Assembly: GCA_049515895.1 (NCBI GenBank)
Contig: JBEKTQ010000006.1
Location: forward strand, 64,234 to 128,233
DNA from: Candidatus Bathyarchaeia archaeon
GTDB taxonomy: Archaea; Thermoproteota; Bathyarchaeia; Bathyarchaeales; Bathycorpusculaceae
DNA length: 64,000 nucleotides
Reading direction: 5' to 3'
The position numbers and the translations under genes are program-made. Position 1 is the first letter of the stretch, and each line of letters begins with the position of its first letter. The notes under the pieces were generated by a model. That model did not search any database. It was not told where the DNA came from and was given only the letters and a program-made list of their open reading frames with translations. Positions 49,534 through 60,035 of the stretch are shown here, one piece after another.

Positions 49534-50636
49534 TCAAAGCTGATTCAATCACCAAGTCATTTGACGATAAAAAAGTACTAGAAAATCTAAGCCTAGAAGT
49601 AAAAAACGGAGAAATCTTATCTTTGCTTGGACCGAATGGTTGCGGAAAATCAACTTTGCTAAACATAGTTTCGGGCTTAATAATGCAAAATGAAGGCCAA
49701 ATTTACGTCAATGATGTTTTAGTTAGTGGAAAAGTGGGCGCAAAAAAAGTTTACATCAAGCCTTCTGAGCGCAAAATCGGGTATGTCTTTCAAACAGTAT
49801 CTCTTTTTCCTCACCTTCGGATTCAAGATAACGTTGCATACGGCTTAAAGTCGCTTCACTTACCTAGACAAGAAGTCAAAAAAAGAGCAAGTAATTTGCT
49901 TGAATTTGTGGGTCTTCTTGAATACGCAAAGTATTATCCACATCAGCTTAGCGGCGGTCAAAAGCAACGCGTTGCCTTAGCAAGGTCTTTAGCTACTGAC
50001 CCGCAAGTTCTGCTTTTGGATGAGCCTGTGTCCGCTGTAGATCCTCAATTGAGGGAATCTTTCAGGCTGGAACTTAAAAACTACCTGCAGGCGCTGAAAA
50101 TCACGGTGGTGTATGTTACTCACAATTTGTCTGAAGCGTTCGTAATGTCAGACAGGATAGCTGTGATGGGTAATGGGCGTATTGAGCAAGTGGGCAGCAG
50201 AACGGATATTTTTGATAAGCCCAGTTCATCATACGTTGCCAAGTTCCTTGGAATAAATACTTTCAAAGGCAAAGCTATTGAAACCCGCGGCGGCCTCTTA
50301 GAAATTGAAGTAAATGGAATGCTATTGTTGGCACCTCAAGCGCCTAATTTAGTCGGAAAAAGTGTTATTGCAACAATTAAGCCCGAAGACATAATGCTTT
50401 CAAAATCAGCTGATTTCAATCAAGTTGGTGTTTCACGCAATTCTGTCGAAGGCGTCATTACTGAGATGGTTCAAATGAGATCAAACGCTCAAGTTACAAT
50501 AGATGCAGGATTCTTGGTAAAGACACGAGTTCCTTTAAGCGATATAAAGAATTTGGGACTCAACTTAGGAGACAAAGTATACCTGCGTTTCAATGCTGAC
50601 GCATTAAACGTATTTGAAGACAACAGCCGTAACTAA
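49530..50636 (+). CDS. modC: Molybdate ABC transporter ATPase with TOBE domain
   Basis: GPNGCGKS, LSGGQ, LLDEP; C-terminal TOBE-like region. Confidence 0.88.
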   Translation: MIKADSITKSFDDKKVLENLSLEVKNGEILSLLGPNGCGKSTLLNIVSGLIMQNEGQIYVNDVLVSGKVGAKKVYIKPSERKIGYVFQTVSLFPHLRIQDNVAYGLKSLHLPRQEVKKRASNLLEFVGLLEYAKYYPHQLSGGQKQRVALARSLATDPQVLLLDEPVSAVDPQLRESFRLELKNYLQALKITVVYVTHNLSEAFVMSDRIAVMGNGRIEQVGSRTDIFDKPSSSYVAKFLGINTFKGKAIETRGGLLEIEVNGMLLLAPQAPNLVGKSVIATIKPEDIMLSKSADFNQVGVSRNSVEGVITEMVQMRSNAQVTIDAGFLVKTRVPLSDIKNLGLNLGDKVYLRFNADALNVFEDNSRN

Positions 50637-50960
50637 AATTTTGGTAATCTGGGTCTTCAAAGAAATTGTTGGGATTTGAATTCTGCTGGGGATGGCCAGA
50701 AATATTTTAGATTCGGCACTTTTCACTCGATCAAAAGGTCAAAAGAAAATGTTAAAGGCGACGCGCCGACAGCGCCCAGATATCAAATGTTGCCTTCACA
50801 GTGGCAGTGGTTGTGCTCTTCTGGATCTTCAGGTACAGCGAATAAACCGAACAAAGTAAAATGTTTATACTTGTTTCTCTTTTTGGGCATCCTAACCCCA
50901 ATTAGAACCTAATGCAATGAATGATATAAACGTAGTTTTAGATTCTACGCGAAGGGAGAC

Positions 50961-51482
50961 TTAGGGATCCCCGCATGTTACGGCTTCCTTCACCACTAAA
51001 TCGGCAATTTCTCTAGTTTGTGTTAAAATCCTAAACACAGGAACGCTGAACGCTGTTGCTTTCTTTGTTTCTACACCTGACTCCGTTATCAGACCTGAAA
51101 CTGCAATGACAGATTCATCCAAGTAGCTTTTCACTTCGTCAGCCGTTTTCGCAGCGATAATCTTGGGAAGTGTCTGCTCACGCTCGAAATCTTCTAAAAC
51201 CACGTAATCCAACCCGGCGAGAAATGGCAAAATCTCCCTTACATTGAGTCGTTTTTTGATAAATACGACAGTTTCTTCGCGTGGAACCGCCACTATGACT
51301 TCTGCTCCGGCGTTGCGGTATCTTTCGGTTTCGGTGGCAGGGGTATCCAAAGTCGGGATACGAACCATCTCTTTGATTGCCCCAACAGTGTAACTACGGC
51401 TCTTTAGTTCCGTGATTAAGTGCTCAATTATTGTGGTTTTTCCGGAGTGCTTCCCGCCGATAACTGCAATCATTTTTGGCAA
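50961..51482 (-). CDS. mobB: MobB-like protein (paralog 1)
   Basis: GGKHSGKTT P-loop; canonical KH replaced by KE. Confidence 0.75.
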   Translation of the reverse strand: MPKMIAVIGGKHSGKTTIIEHLITELKSRSYTVGAIKEMVRIPTLDTPATETERYRNAGAEVIVAVPREETVVFIKKRLNVREILPFLAGLDYVVLEDFEREQTLPKIIAAKTADEVKSYLDESVIAVSGLITESGVETKKATAFSVPVFRILTQTREIADLVVKEAVTCGDP

Positions 51483-51568
51483 ACCTTGACACCTACCACC
51501 CTTAGACATAAGAGTCATATATTATTTTTAGCAGAACAAATTTCGGGTTGGCAGCCACTTGATTCGAT

Positions 51569-52954
51569 TTACGAATTGTTGTGAAGGGCGTACAGTGCTG
51601 CGTCTAAGATTAATCCGTTTGTGTTGCAGCCTGTGCCTGGTATGATTTGTCCGCTGCTGTTTGCTCCGTCGCAGTACCCGTTTGCGGTTGGATTAGGAAG
51701 CATGCTTTGTAAATAAACAACCAAGTTTTGGGCGAAGGTCGAGTTATACAGTGCCAGGAAGCTGTAAGTGACTTTGGTGTAGATGATGGGGTTCACGTTG
51801 ACGTAGGAGTTTGCGGTATTGGTTATTTTCCATGTCTCGCCGTTCGGGGCGACTATCCATTCGTAGAGGTATTGGCTAGTTAAAGAATTTCCTTCGCTGA
51901 ATGCAACATGCTTACCTGTAGCCGCATAATATGCTTTGTGGGCAAGGTAAACCTGATGAGTTAAACTGCTTAGTTCAGTGTTGCTGTTGTTGAGTTCGAA
52001 TATTGCGCAGAGCAGAGGTTCACTGGTGAGTGCGGTATTTGGTAATGAAACTCCATAGGTTGTAACATTCTGCGTTTCACCTAAATTATTCATTACTTCA
52101 TTTGGGACGCCGCTGACTTCGGGCCAAAAGCTTGCGAAGCCGCTGTCAATGTAGTAGGAATAAACGTTGTTTGACGCCGCGTCTTTTTCTACGCCGGAAA
52201 GCAAAGAGGCGTAGTCGCTCTGGTTGTAAACGATGTTATCTATTTCAGGCGTAAAGCTGCTGTTGTAGTTTCTAAGATTATTAAGTGCGACAAACAGTCT
52301 TCCTGTGTCAGCTCCGTCAACGACACCTGTTGCCTTATCCGACATTGCATGATAGTCTTGTCCGTTTGTCGCATCGTAATACCAGTACGGAAAACCAGTT
52401 TTTGGATTCAAAGGCCGATTTTCAAGAAAACTCATAACTTTCTCCAATCTTACGCTGGAGCTCCAAGAACCTCCTTCACTCACTACCCCGAGTCTCTGCG
52501 CGTCAAGGATAGCTTGGATATAAACTCCTAAATCCCAAGCAGTAAAGGCTTCGAAATTTGTGCCTGAAGCGTACGGAAGCCCAGTTTTTGCGTCAACACC
52601 TATGCCGGGTTGAAAGTAAGCCCAGGCGTTTGCTGCTATGCCGAGCCAAACTGAACTGTTAACAGGTTGACCCGAGACAACCAAGCCAGAACCGCCATTT
52701 TGAGGAGCCAAGGGGACATAGTCAATACCAAGGCAACGTTGCAACTGCGAGATTGAACTGGAAATGGCAACAAAAAAAGAAATTAGCACCATAGCAGCAA
52801 TGACAATTGCCACGGCATATCTTGTTTTCCTGCTAAAACTTCCATGGCTCCGTTTTGAAGAGTCTTTTTTTCCGCCAGCTAAGAACAAAGGCAGTTTGAC
52901 AAAGTTTATGAACTTAAATGCAATTTTCTTGTTGAGCAGATTGCAGATCATCAA
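51569..52954 (-). CDS. Membrane-anchored DUF3131/glucoamylase-like protein
   Basis: AWAYF..TGLP..T.WD.G, DTGRL, SEP, FSEG, NTNGLIL. Confidence 0.65.
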   Translation of the reverse strand: MMICNLLNKKIAFKFINFVKLPLFLAGGKKDSSKRSHGSFSRKTRYAVAIVIAAMVLISFFVAISSSISQLQRCLGIDYVPLAPQNGGSGLVVSGQPVNSSVWLGIAANAWAYFQPGIGVDAKTGLPYASGTNFEAFTAWDLGVYIQAILDAQRLGVVSEGGSWSSSVRLEKVMSFLENRPLNPKTGFPYWYYDATNGQDYHAMSDKATGVVDGADTGRLFVALNNLRNYNSSFTPEIDNIVYNQSDYASLLSGVEKDAASNNVYSYYIDSGFASFWPEVSGVPNEVMNNLGETQNVTTYGVSLPNTALTSEPLLCAIFELNNSNTELSSLTHQVYLAHKAYYAATGKHVAFSEGNSLTSQYLYEWIVAPNGETWKITNTANSYVNVNPIIYTKVTYSFLALYNSTFAQNLVVYLQSMLPNPTANGYCDGANSSGQIIPGTGCNTNGLILDAALYALHNNS

Positions 52955-53160
52955 ATCCAGCTTGGGAATTGGATATCATGAGGTTTATTTAAAACTAATG
53001 CATAAAGAAAGGTTTTCAGCGATTGCCCAGCAGGAACCAGAGGACAGGCCTTCAACCGAAGTTGACTTGATCCAAGGCTAAATAATATTTAAAATTCCAG
53101 AACCTAGGCGCAATTTATAAAAAGAGAGTAATTATCTTTCCAACTGGAGCGCGAACTCGT

Positions 53161-53727
53161 ATGGTTTTGGTTGTTGCCGCGGTCGGCGTGAGTGGTTCAG
53201 GAAAAACGGTTACGTTAGAATACTTGATTTCTCGCCTATCAGAGGAAGGCTACAAAATTGGGTCAATTAAGCATGTTCACCATAAAGGTTTCACGATGGA
53301 TAAAGAAGGCACCAACACTTGGCGTTATGCTAAGGCAGGTTCAAAAGTAATCGTTGCAATCTCTCCAGAAGAGATAGACGTCATAAAGAAAACCCAAATG
53401 GCGCTTAACAACTTAGACCAAATAACAGCACTGCTCGAAGGTGAGAAACTTGACTTGGTTTTCATCGAAGGCTTTCACAGCTTAATCGCAAAAAGGGTGG
53501 ATGTGCCCAAAATTGTCACGGCAAAAGATGAGGAAGGACTTAAGCAAACGTTGGAGGGCACCGTTGATCCGATCATTGCTATTGCAGGTGTGGTAGCTGC
53601 AAAATCAGCGAGCAATGAATACCGTAACATACCAATAGTCAAAGTCCCCAAAGATGGGCAAAAACTCGTTGATTTAATCAAAAAGCAGCTAGTCCAAAGC
53701 AAACCTTGCTCAGAAGCAACTGAATGA
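53161..53727 (+). CDS. mobB: Molybdopterin-guanine dinucleotide biosynthesis protein B (paralog 2)
   Basis: GVSGSGKT, IKHVHH..D.EG.NT, IEGF. Confidence 0.88.
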   Translation: MVLVVAAVGVSGSGKTVTLEYLISRLSEEGYKIGSIKHVHHKGFTMDKEGTNTWRYAKAGSKVIVAISPEEIDVIKKTQMALNNLDQITALLEGEKLDLVFIEGFHSLIAKRVDVPKIVTAKDEEGLKQTLEGTVDPIIAIAGVVAAKSASNEYRNIPIVKVPKDGQKLVDLIKKQLVQSKPCSEATE

Positions 53728-53739
53728 GGGAGAAGCTAC

Positions 53740-54828
53740 TTGACCAAATTGGCAGCGCTAATTTTGGCAGGTGGAAAAGCTCGACGATTCCAGGTTAAAA
53801 GCGGAGGAGTGTGGGAGGACAAGGCGCTTGCCACTCTTTCGGGTAAGCCTTTGCTGATCCGCGCTGTTGAAAATGTGCAGGGGATCGTCGACGACGTTGC
53901 AGTAAGTGTGAACGATGAGCAACGTAGGGTAAAGTACGCTAGAATCCTCAAAGAACACTCGTTAGAATCCGTACGGGTTGTGATTGATGAAAAAACAGAT
54001 ATCAGCGGACCCACTGTCGCGATTATGTCAGGGCTCAGCCGTGTTCAGGCTGATTATTGTCTCACTTTGCCCGTTGACATGCCCTTTCTGCAACCAAAAG
54101 TTGCGGATTACCTGTTTAAGCAAGCAGTGGGGTTCGAGGTCGCTACTCCAATGTGGCCTAACGGAAGGCTTGAAACCCTGTTAACTGTGCTGGATCGGGA
54201 AATCGGGTTAGAAATCACTAAGACCTTATGCGCGCTTAAACGTCCACGTTCAGACGACATTCAACGTGGCGCCAGCAAAGCCCTGCTTGTATCTGCCGTG
54301 AACGAAATTAAGGTGCTTGACCCTGAACTGAAAAGCTTCATCAACATCAACTCCAAAGAAGACCTTAACCTGCTGCAAACCCGTCGAGCTCACGGTCCAG
54401 TCAAACAAAATGTAAGCTTGATTTTGGGAACTACCCCCGTTTCTGATTTAAATCATCTCAGAAAAGGAGCCAAAATGATCCAGCAGGCTAAACTTACAGA
54501 AGCACAGGGCGTTTTTTCTTCATGTATCAAGAGTTTTGAGGACAAAGAGTTGAGTTTTTGGGCTGGAGTAAGCGGCGAAAATCAGGGTGAAACCTTGCTG
54601 AAACTTGGCGGACAGCAACAGGAACATAAAACGGCTGTCGAGCTGGATTTTGAAGGTAAAGAGGCTTTCTTGAGATCGGCGAACAATTACCGAATTGAAG
54701 CAGAGCGGTATGAAGAACATGGTTGCCGACTACTAGCTGAGCGTGGGTTGGCTGATAAGGCATGGTGCGAGTCATGGGCCATGGGAAAAACCGCACATGG
54801 GCACAGGTACTCGTCAAAAGTTGCTTAA
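53740..54828 (+). CDS. mobA: Molybdenum cofactor guanylyltransferase with C-terminal helical extension
   Basis: ILAGG..RF..DKA, GP, DMPF, FININS. Confidence 0.85.
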   Translation: MTKLAALILAGGKARRFQVKSGGVWEDKALATLSGKPLLIRAVENVQGIVDDVAVSVNDEQRRVKYARILKEHSLESVRVVIDEKTDISGPTVAIMSGLSRVQADYCLTLPVDMPFLQPKVADYLFKQAVGFEVATPMWPNGRLETLLTVLDREIGLEITKTLCALKRPRSDDIQRGASKALLVSAVNEIKVLDPELKSFININSKEDLNLLQTRRAHGPVKQNVSLILGTTPVSDLNHLRKGAKMIQQAKLTEAQGVFSSCIKSFEDKELSFWAGVSGENQGETLLKLGGQQQEHKTAVELDFEGKEAFLRSANNYRIEAERYEEHGCRLLAERGLADKAWCESWAMGKTAHGHRYSSKVA

Positions 54829-56105
54829 ACACCAAACGAAGCTATTTCTTGTTTGCCGAATAAGGTGACTTCCACTTCGCTCCTTTTTGCCAAGGCGGTA
54901 TGTGGCGGCACAATCGTGTAGCCATTAGATTTTACGATGGTTGTTAAGGCACTTGAGCCGCCTTCTGCCGGCTCGGCTAAGAACTTGCCTTTACCGTGGA
55001 TTATTCGTAATAGCAAAAACTTGAATTGCGGGCCAGAATCCAAAGCCTTAGTTAACTCTGCAGTCAAACGCGGCTGCATCCCCGTTTCATCTAAGCCAGT
55101 GAAAAGGCTAATTAAGGGTGCAGCGAAAAGGTAGAAACCGGCGATGCATGACCCGATGTGCCCAGGCAACATGACGATCGGTTTGCCTTTGACAAGACCG
55201 AAGCCTGAAACCGCGCCAGGTCTTAGCAGGATCCCTTGAACAACAACGCCTGGTTTTCCGAGCGAGTTTACCGCATCTGGGACAAAATCTTTCACCCCGA
55301 CCGAGGAGCCGCCTATAGTGAGGACAATATCCGAATGCGCCAATGCTTCACTGATTTTAGCTTGCACCTTATCCATGGAATCAGGCATGATTCCTAGCGT
55401 TGAAGTTGACGCACCGAGTTCAGATGCTAAGCCTGAGACGACAAGTGCGTAGTTGTTGGCGATTTTTTCGGGGCTTTTTTGGCATTGCCTAATTAACTCG
55501 TCTCCCCCCGACAAAATGGCGACCGTTGGCTTCCTGAATACTTCAGCCCTCGTTAACCCGATAGAGGCGAGCAACCCAATGTCTTGCGGCCTCAAAACCT
55601 GGCGTTTCCGTAGAATCAAAGCGCCCTTTTTCACATCATCGCCTTGCGGTATTATACCTTCGCCGGGCTTGATTGACCTGAGAACTTGAATTTGGTCGCC
55701 ACTTAGCCTGGTTTCCTCCACTTTTACGGTTGAAGATGCACCTTTTGGGATTGGGGCTCCACAGGCAACGTAAACGGCTTCTCCGTTCCCAACACTTACA
55801 GCAGTTGGGTAGTCAACTGGGAACAGCTTTCCAACAACCTTGAAAGTGGCGGGCTTGTTGACTGATGCGCTTTTGGTCAGAGCGGGGTTGATTGCGTAGC
55901 CGTCAATGAAGGTTTTATCGTAGCCTGGGATGTTAACGTCCGAAATTGCACCTTTTGCTAAGACTCTGCCTAAAGCTTCCGTTAGTGGAATAATCTCACT
56001 ATGTAGCTTGGTTGCGTGTGCGGCTTCAAGGAGCTGTTTTTGCGCGTCGAGAGGGTTTGCACGTTTGGGTAGCCTCTTAATGTCGGGTCTAATCACTTGG
56101 GGCAC
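54825..56105 (-). CDS. moeA: Molybdopterin molybdotransferase
   Basis: LGRVLA, DGYA, GDEL, GGSSVG.KD, RPG, LPG. Confidence 0.9.
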   Translation of the reverse strand: MPQVIRPDIKRLPKRANPLDAQKQLLEAAHATKLHSEIIPLTEALGRVLAKGAISDVNIPGYDKTFIDGYAINPALTKSASVNKPATFKVVGKLFPVDYPTAVSVGNGEAVYVACGAPIPKGASSTVKVEETRLSGDQIQVLRSIKPGEGIIPQGDDVKKGALILRKRQVLRPQDIGLLASIGLTRAEVFRKPTVAILSGGDELIRQCQKSPEKIANNYALVVSGLASELGASTSTLGIMPDSMDKVQAKISEALAHSDIVLTIGGSSVGVKDFVPDAVNSLGKPGVVVQGILLRPGAVSGFGLVKGKPIVMLPGHIGSCIAGFYLFAAPLISLFTGLDETGMQPRLTAELTKALDSGPQFKFLLLRIIHGKGKFLAEPAEGGSSALTTIVKSNGYTIVPPHTALAKRSEVEVTLFGKQEIASFGV

Positions 56106-56909
56106 CTACAGGATTATTCTTTCGGCTCCTGTGTAAATGTTCATTCGGGTCCCGCGGACGAAGCCTATAAGGGCAATGTTTGCTTTCTCTGCCGACGAGA
56201 TGCCTGAGTTCAAAACCGCTGCCACAGAAGCAATAATGGGCAAGCCGACTTTCGCGGCTTTGTAAATCATGTCGCCGGGAACTCGCCCAGTTATAATCAT
56301 GAAGCACTCGCTGAAATCCACTTTGTCTAGCGAAGCTTCTCCTATGACTTTGTCAACTGTGTTATGTCTGCCAACGTCTTCGGAAAAAGCGACCATTGTG
56401 CCGTCTGCCTTGAAAATACCTGAGTCATGGAGGCCCCCAGTTTCTTTGAAGCCTTTAGCACGGCTGTTCATTTGTTTTATGCAGTCAAGGATAACTTGCG
56501 CCTTCACCTTCAGCGGCGACTTCACCAAAGGTATTTTCTCATCATGCTGGTACGGGGATGCGCTGGACTTAATCAACGGTATGATTCGGGTGCTGCGGCG
56601 TGAGTGCTTCATGCGCTCATCCAAGTCCACTGTTGCCTTCAGCTTGATCTGGCACCTGTTCTCAGTTTCGCTGGTAAGTAGCGACTCGATTTCGTCGACC
56701 CTCCGCAAAATGTCCTCCGCAAGCAAATATCCGACTGCAAGCTCTTTGAATTGGGAGGGAGAGCACCAAATCACAAAAGTGTAAACGTCGTTAAGTGAGA
56801 TTTGGAGAGGAACCTCCTCGGCGACACAATCCACCCTCTTTTCAGCTTTCCCCGTTGATAAGTCAAGCCTCAGCATGTCAACTTGCCGCATAACTCTATC
56901 CTCGCGCAT
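56106..56909 (-). CDS. fdhD: Formate dehydrogenase accessory sulfurtransferase
   Basis: EEVP, LAVGYL, TGGLH, EDVGRHN..DK, TGR. Confidence 0.9.
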   Translation of the reverse strand: MREDRVMRQVDMLRLDLSTGKAEKRVDCVAEEVPLQISLNDVYTFVIWCSPSQFKELAVGYLLAEDILRRVDEIESLLTSETENRCQIKLKATVDLDERMKHSRRSTRIIPLIKSSASPYQHDEKIPLVKSPLKVKAQVILDCIKQMNSRAKGFKETGGLHDSGIFKADGTMVAFSEDVGRHNTVDKVIGEASLDKVDFSECFMIITGRVPGDMIYKAAKVGLPIIASVAAVLNSGISSAEKANIALIGFVRGTRMNIYTGAERIIL

Positions 56910-57053
56910 CGTTGTGTTTTCAACTCAGCGCCTTTGATAAGTCATTCGGCTGGAGCAAGAGATGGCTAAAAACTATTTAACATGCGAGGATACCTACAGA
57001 ACCTATACCTCTTTTATTTTAAATAGTTCCATACATATAGAGAATAAAGAGGA

Positions 57054-57290
57054 TTGCATTTGAACTCAAGAATGATTGGGCTAATTCGGGGCGCAATAAT
57101 TATCGTTATAGCATTAATAGTCGGAGGAATACAGATTTTGCACGTGTACAACATTTACGGGGCTGCGCATGTAAACAAATGGATTTTCTACGGTGTAGTG
57201 GCAATAGTCGGAATCATTGGCATTATACAAGTAGCGTACAGCGCATTAAAAGAAAAACCAAAACGGGTTGGTCCAATAGCAAACACGTAG
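57054..57290 (+). CDS. Small 2-TM membrane protein
   Basis: Two hydrophobic helices; GAGG RBS. Confidence 0.6.
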   Translation: MHLNSRMIGLIRGAIIIVIALIVGGIQILHVYNIYGAAHVNKWIFYGVVAIVGIIGIIQVAYSALKEKPKRVGPIANT

Positions 57291-57525
57291 ATTATAACAG
57301 ACCTTTTTCGAGAGACAGAATTACGGCCCGATTCTTAACAGCTTCAGCCATCACCTACAAAGTTAACAGAACCCGAGGGATGATTCGCAAAACAGTGGTC
57401 ATTAGAGGTAGTGCTCTAAGTCAATTAGCAAGTAGAAGAAGAAGTGTGCTTGCTAGGTTAAATCATCTTCTTTTGAAGTAAAATAGGAAAAGAGTTGACT
57501 TCAGATGATCAACCAAAAACGGAAG

Positions 57526-58341
57526 TTAGAGATATTTTTCGTAGAATTTCATTTGTGGGTTGTTGGCTTTGTTGACGAAGATCTTGCCTGTGCCATGCTC
57601 TGATAGGTCGCCGAGGAACACGTAGAAGGGCCCTGCCACGCTTTGAGTATCGTCAATTTTGACTTTGGGCTTGACGCCATCAATTGTGAATGTGGGCATG
57701 ACTTCCTCGATTGTGCCTGTTATGACGATTTTTCCGCCTGTCATGCATGCGCCAGCGCGAGTTTCACATTCCTTGTCAACGAGGATTGCGCCATCACTCA
57801 TATGATAGCCTAGGAATCGGCCAGCTCCACCTTTGATTTTTAGAACTCCGCCGCGCAGATAACAGCCTACGTCGCTGCCGACTTTGCCGTCAACAGTGAT
57901 CAAACCGCCTTTCATGCCTGTGCTGCTGCTTCCGCGGTATGGGGAAGCCAAGTAATCGCCAGCGTCGCCGTGAATTTCGATTGTTCCAGCTTTCATTTCG
58001 TTGCCTGTCCATCCGCCTACGTTGCCGTTTACAATTATTTTGCCGCCAAGCATTTTTTCGCCCGTGTGCATTCCGCAGTCGCCGTTGATGACTATTTCGC
58101 CACTTGTCATGCATGAACCTACGCGTTTAACTTTGCCGGCGTCGCCGTTGATGGTTATGGCTGGAGTTTCAGCGCTATCTTCAGTTATTTCAAAGAGGTC
58201 GCATAGTTTCAGCGGTTGGTTGCCTTCGGTTACTGGCAGGTTTGCTATTTCAGTGGCGGTTTTGCCTTTGAACACGTCCGGGCTGATGCATGCTGCCTGA
58301 ACAGGTACCTCAAACTTTCTCAGTGGCCTAAGAGTTATCAT
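57526..58341 (-). CDS. fwdC: Formylmethanofuran dehydrogenase subunit C
   Basis: GxxMxGGxIxxxG beta-helix repeats; GDL..HG.G. Confidence 0.93.
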   Translation of the reverse strand: MITLRPLRKFEVPVQAACISPDVFKGKTATEIANLPVTEGNQPLKLCDLFEITEDSAETPAITINGDAGKVKRVGSCMTSGEIVINGDCGMHTGEKMLGGKIIVNGNVGGWTGNEMKAGTIEIHGDAGDYLASPYRGSSSTGMKGGLITVDGKVGSDVGCYLRGGVLKIKGGAGRFLGYHMSDGAILVDKECETRAGACMTGGKIVITGTIEEVMPTFTIDGVKPKVKIDDTQSVAGPFYVFLGDLSEHGTGKIFVNKANNPQMKFYEKYL

Positions 58342-58343
58342 TT

Positions 58344-60035
58344 TTACACCGTCGCCTTTATTGTCAATTTTTCTGGAACCCGCAGGTAGTGATCAAACAC
58401 CGGGTAATTATCATACTCAACGGTCCAATACTGCCTGAACTTTCGCTTCATCTCTTCGTCGATAATGCACGGCTCTTTCGTTTGGACATCAAGCCACATG
58501 GTTCTGCCACTGGCTTCGCCCACGACTTTGCCGTTTTTAACCACGATTTTCCCGTCCTTAACAGTGTAAGCTGCATGCTTGAACGCCCTACGCACAGTCT
58601 TGTAGGTGGCGGCTATGTCGGTTGTCTCAGGATTAATGTTGTATATTGCAACGTCCGCGTCTGCGCCAACGCCAAGATGCCCCTTGTTTTTGAGCCCTAA
58701 TGCTTTGGCTTGCCCCGCACGAGTCATAATTGCAAGCTCGTAAAGCGTCAGTTCCCTATCGATTGATGGTAGCAAACTCTTTTTCTGTGCTTTCTTATGA
58801 CAATGATTTAATGTTGCCGTCCGCGCTTGCTTGCTCATTAGCCAAGCGAGGATTCGCGGGTAAGCAAAGAAGGGCCCAGCGTTGGGGTGGTCCGTTGTCA
58901 GGAAGATTTTCCAGGGGTCCTTAATCAGCAACGCTAACTCTAAACCGATTGACCACTGTGTAGCGTTAACAGCGTTGTTTTTCTTGTAATGAAACGGAAT
59001 AATTCCGCCGCTTGTCTCAGTTTCAATGTCGCTGTTAACCCACTTGTGTCCGCTTAACTCATAGAGCGTGAACTCAAATGGTCCGTCAGCCGTCATGGTT
59101 GTGGTATCTGTGAATATGATCTGTCCCATGTCGACGGTCATGTGATTATGTGCATTGAGATAACCTGCAATTTCTTCCGCTCCCGATGTAAAGTGGCTCC
59201 AACTGTCGCCGCCGAAACTGCTGAACTGCAAATGAGTTATGTGTGCCACAGGTTTGCCGTCTGTGGATAAGTCTTCAAGCGCTCTCATTGTGTCCAATGT
59301 TGTCGTGTAGTTTCCCGGCAGCCCAAGATTGTTTGTGTGAAGATGAATTGAGTGAGGAAGATTCAGCAGTTTGTTAACTTTAGCTAAACCCCTAATTATC
59401 TCGCGTGGAGTAATGCAAAAGTTTGGAACCTGGTCATCTATGCTATGGACGTTGTGCCCGAAACCCCAAGATTCCAAGCCTCCTGGGTTAACGATTTTTA
59501 TTGCGTAACCTTTGGTCGTATCCAGCATCCATGCGACGTGGCGCGCGCATTCTTCAATATTGCCTTTTGCGAGGTTTTCAAGTACAAACCACCAGTCGCC
59601 CAGAAGCGGGTAGGTGGCTTTGTCAACGAGTGGAATATCGTTTAATTCTTCATGAGTGTGCTTCGCTTCCAAGGGCGCCATTGATGGATTCATGATTGTT
59701 GTGTAACCCATACGTGAATAACGGTAGCCAGTCGTGAAAGTGGATGGAATCGAATAGCCGGTGCCTGAACGTGTTAATCGGGTTTTGCGCTCCACATCCT
59801 TAACGTGGTCTTCGGGACGAATAATTCTGCCAGTATTAACCTCTCCGCCTGCAACGTGGGTGTGAATATCAACACCACCCGGCATGACTGTTAAGCCAGT
59901 GGCGTCTATCACGTGAGCTTTGCGCGTGACTTTTCCAACGATTTTGCCGTTCTTGATAGCTACATCCATTTTTTCGCCGTTAATCCCGTTTATGGGGTCA
60001 AAGACGAAGCCGTTTTTTATTAGTAACTCAGTCAT
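58344..60035 (-). CDS. fwdA: Formylmethanofuran dehydrogenase subunit A
   Basis: GGVDIHTH, KIVNPGG, H.H.NNLG.PGN, TTDHPN; ATGA overlap with the fwdB stop. Confidence 0.95.
   Translation of the reverse strand: MTELLIKNGFVFDPINGINGEKMDVAIKNGKIVGKVTRKAHVIDATGLTVMPGGVDIHTHVAGGEVNTGRIIRPEDHVKDVERKTRLTRSGTGYSIPSTFTTGYRYSRMGYTTIMNPSMAPLEAKHTHEELNDIPLVDKATYPLLGDWWFVLENLAKGNIEECARHVAWMLDTTKGYAIKIVNPGGLESWGFGHNVHSIDDQVPNFCITPREIIRGLAKVNKLLNLPHSIHLHTNNLGLPGNYTTTLDTMRALEDLSTDGKPVAHITHLQFSSFGGDSWSHFTSGAEEIAGYLNAHNHMTVDMGQIIFTDTTTMTADGPFEFTLYELSGHKWVNSDIETETSGGIIPFHYKKNNAVNATQWSIGLELALLIKDPWKIFLTTDHPNAGPFFAYPRILAWLMSKQARTATLNHCHKKAQKKSLLPSIDRELTLYELAIMTRAGQAKALGLKNKGHLGVGADADVAIYNINPETTDIAATYKTVRRAFKHAAYTVKDGKIVVKNGKVVGEASGRTMWLDVQTKEPCIIDEEMKRKFRQYWTVEYDNYPVFDHYLRVPEKLTIKATV

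Noticed and set aside
50643-50912. ORF 50676-50912, and a minus-strand HCHC peptide ending in TGA as a possible readthrough
   Set aside because: No recognisable family; the frame after TGA is short and uninformative
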